Shown here in pieces: positions 17,799 to 25,043 of a stretch of 36,387 bases of DNA (position 1 is its first letter; each line of letters begins with the position of its first letter). The notes under the pieces are model-generated. The model did not search any database. It was given only the letters and a program-made list of their open reading frames with translations, and was not told the DNA's origin. Source of the stretch: Syntrophobacteraceae bacterium. Lineage in GTDB: Bacteria; Desulfobacterota; Syntrophobacteria; Syntrophobacterales; Syntrophobacteraceae. Made by a program: the position numbers and the translations under genes. Location: NCBI GenBank assembly GCA_049512295.1, contig JBEKXG010000014.1:1-36387 (forward strand). The letters are read 5' to 3'.

Positions 17799-18014
17799 GG
17801 AAAGCTGAGCGACACGCAGGATTTACGGAACTGATGACGAATCCTGTCTCCGCGCCCCCCAAGCTTCTTACAGCAATGATTTTGAGGCCTTGACCGGCCT
17901 TCTAAGCCCGAAAACGCCTATTTTGGGAAAATTAACTGTTACCCTGGCCCGGCCCAATTCGCCATTCAGGTTTTCCTTAAGGTCGAGAGCCTTGTGGCGG
18001 CCTACCCTGAGGTC

Positions 18015-18932
18015 CTACTGCCGGTGGCCTAGCCTTGTTCCCTCGTCGAAGTCCGCGGTTGTGCCTGTTCCCCAACGTAACTCGACGTCATAATACAACG
18101 CGAAGGTTTCGCTGTTCGACCGGGTTTCCGGCAGCACATAGACGATGCCATTCGCCCCGGTAAAAGCCGGGCTCACGACGTTATCGTAGAACTTCGCCGG
18201 AACATTGATGCAACCATAGGAAATACGCTTGTCGAGCGGCGTTGGAGTGGCCAGGCGCTGCAGGCGGCGCTCCTTGGGATTGGTCGTAATCACCCTATGC
18301 AGGGAAACGGCACCGTCGTAGTCCACCCAGAGGATGTCCTTTCCGTGTAAATTATAGCCCAGCGAGGCCACGAAGCGGCCCGCCGGTGTGGTGCGCTCCT
18401 CAGGGCGAATGTCCGACAACTTCCGGTCACCGATACCGGGGATGGCGTCATCACCCCGCGCAAGGCCCAGCAGGGCTGGGGCTGCGCCACTAAGTCGCCC
18501 ATCGGCATCGAATACAAAGACTTTGGCGTCCACCTTGTCGACAATCACGAATGGCATGCCGCGATTGTCACCTGAATCGACGACCCAGTCTGCCACGTGC
18601 TGGGCGTCCCGGGACTTATGCTCCCGTTCGAAGTTCGCCCGTTTGGGATGAGGTGCCGCCACGGGTTGCGTCTCAATAGATAAGGGGGCTGCTGCAACTT
18701 CATGCGCAGACAATGAGCGGCTCGGGTTGAACGATTGGGTAGCGTTGTCCGCAGCGGCAACTTGGTGGGGGGTAAAACTGACGGCCAGCAGGCCAAGACA
18801 AAGTCCTTTGGTTATGGCCGCTGCGAGCGAGCGTACACTCCCCGAGCGCTTTGTGCACCGCAATGCCGCCAAAAGACACAGCCTGATCTTTCTTCTATTT
18901 GTTTCATTTGATTGTTCGCGCCGCATCGGCAT
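18015..18932 (-). CDS. L,D-transpeptidase (YkuD-fold) family protein, secreted
   Basis: It has the catalytic pattern ...VSLHRV...(27 aa)...ISYGCINVP (His ... S-x-G-C-[IV]-[RN]). The N-terminal hydrophobic segment ends in VAA-AD. Confidence 0.7.
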   Translation of the reverse strand: MPMRREQSNETNRRKIRLCLLAALRCTKRSGSVRSLAAAITKGLCLGLLAVSFTPHQVAAADNATQSFNPSRSLSAHEVAAAPLSIETQPVAAPHPKRANFEREHKSRDAQHVADWVVDSGDNRGMPFVIVDKVDAKVFVFDADGRLSGAAPALLGLARGDDAIPGIGDRKLSDIRPEERTTPAGRFVASLGYNLHGKDILWVDYDGAVSLHRVITTNPKERRLQRLATPTPLDKRISYGCINVPAKFYDNVVSPAFTGANGIVYVLPETRSNSETFALYYDVELRWGTGTTADFDEGTRLGHRQ

Positions 18933-19013
18933 ATTTCTCTAGTCCAGCAACAACCGTAAGTAGCCCTGCCTCGCATTTTATCAATCAGCGGGGCAGGGCG
19001 CCGGTGGTGCGGC

Positions 19014-19205
19014 TTAGTTGCGGTCCCTTTTGGGCGGAGGAACCGGTGCTGGCGCAGGCTGGCGCTCAGGAGCCGATTGGACTACCGCGGGTGAGTAAGC
19101 AGGAGTGGTCTCTTGCGCCACTTTCTGCGTGCCACAAGCGCAACCAGCCAAAGTTATACCGATGATAACAGATAATAATGCGAGCCCAAATGATCTTTTT
19201 CTCAT
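19014..19205 (-). CDS. Small lipoprotein (63 aa)
   Basis: GAAGGAG lies 6 nt upstream of the ATG. The signal peptide has the lipobox LAGC, and the mature part is Pro/Ala-rich. Confidence 0.6.
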   Translation of the reverse strand: MRKRSFGLALLSVIIGITLAGCACGTQKVAQETTPAYSPAVVQSAPERQPAPAPVPPPKRDRN

Positions 19206-19304
19206 AGTGCACTCCTTCTTTGGTTTATTTTATTAGTAACCCACTCTCATCAATTGCCGGCCCTCCAGAATGACAGGTTCAACCACTCCGGGACCCTTTT
19301 TCCC

Positions 19305-19668
19305 TTATTGTTGTAATGCCTCCTTTCCGGAATTAATTAGATCTCCATTTCTTAGTGGTTTAACGAGGTAATCGACGGCGTGCAGGCGAAAACTATCTTG
19401 AGCTGTTTCTGTACTGGGATATGCCGTCATGATGATCACGCGAGTTTTAAGTTTTCTCCGCGTTACCTCCGGTAAAATGTCTATTCCCCATCCCTCCATC
19501 GAGAACGATATCAGCGAGTATCAGTTTAAATTTTGTTTCATCCATTCTTGCCAGAGCTTCCGGGTAACCGTCGGCAGTGATCACGTTATGCCCTTCGGAT
19601 GCGAGCAATCCAACAAAGCTGAACCTGATGCTCTCTTCATCATGGATAATGAGAATAATCGCCTTCAT
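19305..19668 (-). pseudogene. Stand-alone response-regulator receiver domain, frame broken near 19490-19505
   Basis: MKAIILIIHDEES...KLILADIVL (frame A, GGAG RBS before 19668) continues as MEGWGIDILPEV...RVIIMTAYPS...AVDYLVKP in a second frame (ORF 19305..19499). The junction lies in ggagggatgggg. Confidence 0.7.
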
Positions 19669-19931
19669 CCAATCTCCATGTGAGAGGTTTCCCTCTTTTA
19701 GAAGCAATCGGACAATTCCCGGGTTCTTCTTCAGAATCGCCAACCACCGCTCACCTGTCGGGACTGGTGAGTAGTTACATAAATGCGTGGGATGATGATC
19801 AGTGATGATCAGATAATCAAATTCTGTGCCGGAAAGGATAAGGATGTCACTTCTTCCGTATTGTGATGGAATCATAAGAACTTAAGCCTGGACGGGTAGG
19901 TGCTGGCCGATAGCTTGGCAAGAAAATAGAT

Positions 19932-19981
19932 GTTGCATGCAACGGAAGCGTTGCATGATTTAGGTGTTGCGTGCAACACCT
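19932..19981. promoter_or_regulatory. Cluster of three related palindromic sites (GTTGCATGCAAC; half-site GTTGCATG; AGGTGTTGC-gt-GCAACACCT)
   Basis: Read directly from the sequence. The cluster sits in the divergent intergenic region between the receiver-domain gene and the toxin-antitoxin pair. No binding protein is known. Confidence 0.4.
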
Positions 19982-20147
19982 AGCGTGGGGGGGCAGCGGC
20001 CAATTCGTGGTGCATCTTCTGGAGTGAGCCCCGGAAACATGGTCATTGGCATAAGTTTTCTATCCGCGACGGGTTCGCCGTTTCTTTCCTTCCAGATTTG
20101 CTTTACAATCCCACAAGACCGACCATACAAGAAATGGGGGTAATGCC

Positions 20148-20375
20148 ATGAGTTCCAAGGACGATCTTATATCTGAGGCGGTTTCCCTTCCTGTGGAAAT
20201 CCGAATTCGGCTTGTTGAAGAACTCCTTCAAAGCCTCAACCCTTCTCACAAAGACATTGATGAGCTGTGGGCCGTCGAATCCGATAGGAGAGTGGCTCAA
20301 ATTGAGGGAGGTGAGGTAAAGACCGTGCCTGGAGACGAGGTATTCGAGCGGCTTCTTCGAAGGCTCAAAAAATGA
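20148..20375 (+). CDS. Addiction-module antitoxin component (TIGR02574-like)
   Basis: SLPVEIRIRLVEELLQSL...ELWAVESDRRVAQIEGGEVKTVPGDEVF fits this small antitoxin family. It shares an ATGA overlap with the toxin gene. Confidence 0.7.
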   Translation: MSSKDDLISEAVSLPVEIRIRLVEELLQSLNPSHKDIDELWAVESDRRVAQIEGGEVKTVPGDEVFERLLRRLKK

Positions 20376-20665
20376 CGTACCGATTCCACCCGGAAGCAGA
20401 AGCCGAACTCAATGACGCAGTTGATTACTACGAAGAATCTCAGGAAGGCTTTGGACTGGAGTTCGCCAAAGAAGTCTACGCTGCAATTGAAAGCATCTGT
20501 GGGTTCCCGCTCGCTTGGAATCCTCTTTCTCAGAACACGCGGAGGCGCCTTCTAAAACGCTTCCCATACGGGGTGGTGTATCAGCCCAAAAGTGATGAGA
20601 TAATCATCATAGCCGTTATGCAGCTCAACAGGGAGCCCGGTTATTGGCGTCACAGAAAGGCTTGA
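20372..20665 (+). CDS. RelE/ParE-family type II toxin
   Basis: YRFHPEAEAEL.DAVDYYEE...FPYGVVYQPKSDEIIIIAVMQLNREPGYW is typical of the ParE/RelE plasmid-stabilisation toxin family. The 97-aa size fits. Confidence 0.8.
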   Translation: MTYRFHPEAEAELNDAVDYYEESQEGFGLEFAKEVYAAIESICGFPLAWNPLSQNTRRRLLKRFPYGVVYQPKSDEIIIIAVMQLNREPGYWRHRKA

Positions 20666-20791
20666 GAGAGCCAAATACTAATGGAACTCTCCGAGGCCGC
20701 CGTCATCTAACCCAGGTCGCTTTGCTGGAGGCTACCGTGCTTAAGTAGTGGCAATTAGATAAGCTTGCCAAAACCGGCGCTTATGGAAACA

Positions 20792-21334
20792 TCACGGATT
20801 CTCGACTTGTCCCACATCAAACCATTCAGCCAGCATCACCGCATGATCATGATCGAGAAAATCCGTGGAATAGGCAAAGATATTGCCTATTGAAGTGGTT
20901 GATTGTGCAATGTCGGAATATGAGCCCTCAAGCTTCATATTATCAAGGACAAGCGCGATTTGATCCTCTGTCAGGTTGAAGGGTGAGCATTGGAAAAGAG
21001 AAATCTTAACCGGCCTGGAGTAGGTTCGGGAATTCTCCCGGATAATCTCGACCATCATCCGAAGGTTTCCTTCGCTTTTCAGCGCGAGGACGGCTACGTA
21101 AGCATCGGTCATGAACAGTTCCGAATAGTAAAAACGATTGCCGGCATTATCCGGGAATACCTTAATATCCTGATGGATGAGCATTACATCCTGAATGAAG
21201 CATTGGGGACGCTCGGGACTCTCCGAAAAGGCAGCGCCGAACAAGGCTTCAAGGTCCGACGATGAAACCAATTCTTCGGCTCTGCTCCGTGTCCGAATGA
21301 AATCGGCAATTTCGGTAAATTTCGCTTCTTTCAC
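20792..21334 (-). CDS. Hypothetical 180-aa protein translationally coupled to the AOR gene (positional equivalent of E. coli YdhW)
   Basis: The GTG start overlaps the AOR stop (GTGA at 21334-21331). No recognised catalytic motif. Equivalence to YdhW rests on gene order and remembered similarity, and has not been verified. Confidence 0.5.
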   Translation of the reverse strand: MKEAKFTEIADFIRTRSRAEELVSSSDLEALFGAAFSESPERPQCFIQDVMLIHQDIKVFPDNAGNRFYYSELFMTDAYVAVLALKSEGNLRMMVEIIRENSRTYSRPVKISLFQCSPFNLTEDQIALVLDNMKLEGSYSDIAQSTTSIGNIFAYSTDFLDHDHAVMLAEWFDVGQVENP

Positions 21335-23433
21335 GCAAGCAAGCCTTTTTTGCCGAGTTCATCCGCAACACCCGCGAGCCCGAGCTTAAGATAGGCCTCC
21401 CGTCCGGGCGAGCCGGTCTTTTTGTCCCAGCCCATTTCTTCGTAGAACATATCCATCGCTTTTTGCATATCGTCTTTATCCATCTGGATTGTGCCCTTGG
21501 CGAACGGCACCCTGTCCTTGCCGTCCCCATAGACCCATGCCGGAATGGTATCGTGCTCGGTACGCATCTCTTTTGTTCCCATACCTCGGATAGTCAGGGC
21601 GCGGTGGAGCACGAAGATGCGTTCGGCAACTTCGTCGAGTTCGTTCCGTGATTTTTTGTCCCCGGTAACAATGCTGTAGAGCAAAGACTCGATTGTGTCA
21701 TCCCCTTTGTAGCCGCGCTCCCTTAGCGGTGAGGACGACCATGGCCCCATCCAGTTGCAAAGGGAGATTGTGTCGTGTAATTCTTTTCTGAGGAGCGACC
21801 ATTTAGCCATTTTGGCCTTATGTACATTCATTGGCGTAAACGCGCCCGGCGCATCCACGGCATCCTCCGAGCCCCAGAGATCCGATGCCAGCTTTTTCTG
21901 CACATCTATCGGGAGCCCGTTTCGGGTGAAGTTGGAATGCGAATGGCACTGCGCATCCCGATTGTATTGGGTGTTGATGATGACCCCGCACTGGCCCGCA
22001 TCTTCGTGTGAGTGATGTTTGGGGTGTCCGAGTTTCCAGTACCGCAAGCTGTGGTCATTTTTCCAGTCCGATTCGGGAATTCCCCAAGCTTCGAGCATGT
22101 AGCCGGTCCCAAGCCCGAGAGCGGTCGCCAACTCGCCTTCCTTATTGGCGATCTTCGGCAACAATTCAAATAAGAACGCCGGATCGCCCTTTTCATATTT
22201 TTCCCAGGAGTAGCTCTGAAAATCCTTTGCGCTCACCTTGCTCCTGAAAATACCTTCGTAGTAGCACTTCTGAAAGTCGCGCTGCAGTTGGCTATAGTTA
22301 TTCCAAACGCCAAGGTCGTCGGCCAGATGCATGCCGATCATACACGCTTCGATTGAAGTCTGGCCGTTCTCTCCGTCAGGGAAGCTTTTGAAGAAGGTCT
22401 TGCCGAAAACCAAACCGCCGCAGGTGTTTTGGCCTGTTTCCGGTATGCCGTACTTGGAAGCAACGGCCGGAACCTTGAGAATGGTGTGGCATCGAATAGG
22501 ACAGCCGGTACGGCCGTTGCCCCGCACTGTGTACCGCCAGGCCTTTTCGCCCAGAAAAAAAGCGGCACTATTGGTTCTATAGGCAATTCGATTGAGATTG
22601 TGCGGATCGCAAGTGCCGGTATCGATAGGTGGATTTGCAGATTCCCACCTCCGCCCTTTGGATGCGACCCAGCGAGATGCCGGATCGTAGTGCCCGGCCC
22701 ATGGCTGCGGACTGCTGGGAACCACGTGCTGATTGCTGGCGCCAAAAAGCGAGAGGTGATGCTTTATCGCTTTCTCCCACTCTTCCTTGTCCCCGGCAAT
22801 ATGTATGCTGCCGGTGCCCAGCACGCCGATTGCTTTAAGGTTTTTTGATCCCATCACGGCTCCACCCCCGGAAGAGTGGGAAACCGAATTCATGATAACT
22901 GACATGGGAACAAGATTCTCACCTGATTGACCTATTGCTGCAACGACGGATTCAGGCCCCATTTGTCTGGAGATTTCATAGGTGGCCCGCCGTATGCCCT
23001 GTCCCCAGATCCACCGGGCATCGAGAATGTCGGCTTTCCCATCGACAATCCGAATCCAGACAGGATGATCCGACCGCCCTTCTATGATTATGGCATCGAA
23101 TCCGGCGTATTTGAGTTCCGCTGCAAAATGGCCGCCCATGTGCCCTGTTCCAACGAGATGCTTCGGCCAGCACGTGGGCCACAGAATAGTGACGGCAGTC
23201 CTCCCGTTGCAGGGAGCACTGGTGCCCGCCAGAGGACCGGTGGCAAAGATGATTTTGTTTTCGGGATCGAAAGCTTTTGTGTCCGCCCCAACCTCATCCC
23301 AGAGGACCTTGTAACCTATTCCCGTCCCACCGATATAATCCTTGTATTTTTCGACAGTATCTTCATGCGAAATACGGCCGGTAGACAAGTCAATCCGGAG
23401 GACCTTTCCCACCCATCCGCCATACTGAGCCAT
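21331..23433 (-). CDS. Aldehyde:ferredoxin oxidoreductase (AOR) family, long YdhV-like form (700 aa)
   Basis: It has the AOR N-terminal domain (GKVLRIDLSTG...GGTGIGYKVLWDEV...FATGPLAG), the GENLV and GSKNLKAIGV motifs, and CPIRC from the cluster motif. The length equals that of E. coli YdhV. Confidence 0.9.
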   Translation of the reverse strand: MAQYGGWVGKVLRIDLSTGRISHEDTVEKYKDYIGGTGIGYKVLWDEVGADTKAFDPENKIIFATGPLAGTSAPCNGRTAVTILWPTCWPKHLVGTGHMGGHFAAELKYAGFDAIIIEGRSDHPVWIRIVDGKADILDARWIWGQGIRRATYEISRQMGPESVVAAIGQSGENLVPMSVIMNSVSHSSGGGAVMGSKNLKAIGVLGTGSIHIAGDKEEWEKAIKHHLSLFGASNQHVVPSSPQPWAGHYDPASRWVASKGRRWESANPPIDTGTCDPHNLNRIAYRTNSAAFFLGEKAWRYTVRGNGRTGCPIRCHTILKVPAVASKYGIPETGQNTCGGLVFGKTFFKSFPDGENGQTSIEACMIGMHLADDLGVWNNYSQLQRDFQKCYYEGIFRSKVSAKDFQSYSWEKYEKGDPAFLFELLPKIANKEGELATALGLGTGYMLEAWGIPESDWKNDHSLRYWKLGHPKHHSHEDAGQCGVIINTQYNRDAQCHSHSNFTRNGLPIDVQKKLASDLWGSEDAVDAPGAFTPMNVHKAKMAKWSLLRKELHDTISLCNWMGPWSSSPLRERGYKGDDTIESLLYSIVTGDKKSRNELDEVAERIFVLHRALTIRGMGTKEMRTEHDTIPAWVYGDGKDRVPFAKGTIQMDKDDMQKAMDMFYEEMGWDKKTGSPGREAYLKLGLAGVADELGKKGLLA

Positions 23434-23454
23434 GCCGCACTCTCTCTTTCACTT

Positions 23455-24183
23455 CTATTGGTGGCAATCCACGCACGCCTGAGATCCGTTGGCCACCGCA
23501 GTAGAAATTCGGGGTGGCACTTTGCCGGTAAGATCAACCCAGGGCGCATAAACCAGGGCCTCTGCCGGACATGCTTCCACGCATTTTGGCTTGCCGTCAC
23601 ATAGAAAACACTTTGTAGCTTTTTGTGTATCCGGATCGAACGAGATCATCTCCCAGGGGCAGGCTTTCCTGCATATTCCACAACCTGTGCACTTGTCCTG
23701 TTCGACAACACGGGCATTTGTGGGTGGCCGGACAACAATTGCGCCACTGGGACACGCATTGGCACAAGGAACCGGATGCGGACATTGTTTGCAGTAATCC
23801 TGAATGATCAGCCCCGTCCCCCAGTCGCCGTGACTAAGATGCCCTGTATAAAGCCCGGTAGGGCCGAAATTGATGTTTCGCCTCACCTTGATCCGCGACA
23901 TGGCCGGGGAAGATTTCCCGTCATTGAAATCAGTGCATGCCAGTTCGCATCTTCGGCAAGCGACACATTTTGTGGGGTCGGCTATGACCAGGCCTTGAGC
24001 CTGCTCGGTTATTATCAGGGGAGCACTCATCGCGCTGTCAGGATACAGGAGTTGCCAGGAGGCTATCCATGCCACCGTGGCCCCGCAAAGCTTCAGGAAG
24101 CTCCTTCGGGAAGAAGATCGGTCGGACCCTGAGATGCCTGACAACTGCTCGATAATTCGATTAATCTCCGATGGAGTATGCAT
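23455..24183 (-). CDS. Tat-signal 4x[4Fe-4S] ferredoxin-type subunit (YdhX/DmsB-like)
   Basis: It has a perfect twin-arginine motif SRRSFLK (24091-24111) followed by a hydrophobic stretch. Four Cys clusters are present (CVACRRCELAC; CKQCPHPVPCANACP; CTGCGICRKACP; CFLCDGKPKCVEACP). GGGAGGG lies 8 nt upstream of the ATG. Confidence 0.9.
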   Translation of the reverse strand: MHTPSEINRIIEQLSGISGSDRSSSRRSFLKLCGATVAWIASWQLLYPDSAMSAPLIITEQAQGLVIADPTKCVACRRCELACTDFNDGKSSPAMSRIKVRRNINFGPTGLYTGHLSHGDWGTGLIIQDYCKQCPHPVPCANACPSGAIVVRPPTNARVVEQDKCTGCGICRKACPWEMISFDPDTQKATKCFLCDGKPKCVEACPAEALVYAPWVDLTGKVPPRISTAVANGSQACVDCHQ

Positions 24184-24417
24184 CTGGATTACCCTCCCGC
24201 AAAGTCGTTTCCTGCTGATCCTTATCCTATGATAACAGGTAATTCAATATTAGTGGAGGCTTTCCAGGTGTTGCAGAAAGCGACCTCCAACGTGAGATTT
24301 CGGTTCGTGCGGATGCCGGAGGACCTAAACTTGCCAACTTATTAATTTTGCGATAGTTGAATGTATGAAACGGGAGGTTGTGTTTTCCGCGACCTGTTTC
24401 TTAATGCACAGGCGAGA

Positions 24418-24519
24418 GACATCCTCGCATCTTCCTCCTTCCATTCTCGCGGAATAGAAGTGCGGCTCGATGACGGCCGGATCGGACGTGTACAGGAGGT
24501 CCTTTCAGACGAGCAGTAG
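24418..24519 (+). pseudogene. 3'-terminal remnant of a second ywbE gene
   Basis: DILASSSFHSRGIEVRLDDGRIGRVQEVLSDEQ* aligns with the last 33 codons of ywbE (DILTSSASHSRGIKVRLEDGQVGRVQEVLSDEQ*). Similarity ends abruptly upstream of 24418, and many of the nucleotide differences are synonymous. Confidence 0.65.
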
Positions 24520-24905
24520 CGTCTGAGGACTGAGTGCTGAGGAGCGAAAGCCGAGTAGGGTTGGCACTGTTTCCGTGCCCACCATTTTTATTCCATGCAC
24601 CGAATGCTCTGTGGCAGGCAGATAATGCCTATGGCCCTACATAATTCCCAGCTTAGTTTGGCCCGACCCTGTGGCGCTCAAGGTGATGCCGGTGTGTCGG
24701 CCTTATAAGACAAATGGCGTACCTGTTTCATTAATATCTTGTGAAGTCGACACGTTTGCAAGATGATCGCGGGGGCCGGCGCAGCATGCTTTCAGACCGA
24801 TTCGTCTTGGCCATCGAGAAGAAAAGATTTACGCGAAAATTTGAGCGGAGTATTATCTGCAACGAATAACCGGAAGCGGTTTAAGTGGAAATACATGCAT
24901 GTTTA

Positions 24906-24926
24906 CATCAATGTGATTCATTGATG
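24906..24926. promoter_or_regulatory. Perfect 8-bp inverted repeat CATCAATG-tgatt-CATTGATG upstream of the 577-aa gene
   Basis: Read directly from the sequence. It is followed by a direct repeat GAATTCAT x2 (24933-24940 and 24951-24958). Confidence 0.3.
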
Positions 24927-25043
24927 GGAGCTGAATTCATGATTCCTAAGGAATTCATCCGGCAGGGTAGCATGTTCGCCAAGGAGATCACTGCACGCAG
25001 TGAGGTCTTGTATGAAAAAACTCACCGATCCAAAGGCTAAAAT

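Noticed and set aside
17831-17837. CUGAUGA hammerhead-ribozyme core string downstream of ywbE.
   Set aside because: No properly placed GAAA box and no complementary stems II/III could be drawn.
24552-24568. TTGGCACtgtttccgtgc, which looks like a sigma-54 -24 element.
   Set aside because: The -12 position reads CCGT rather than TTGC, and the next gene is about 480 nt away. It is more simply a 5-bp GGCAC/GTGCC hairpin.
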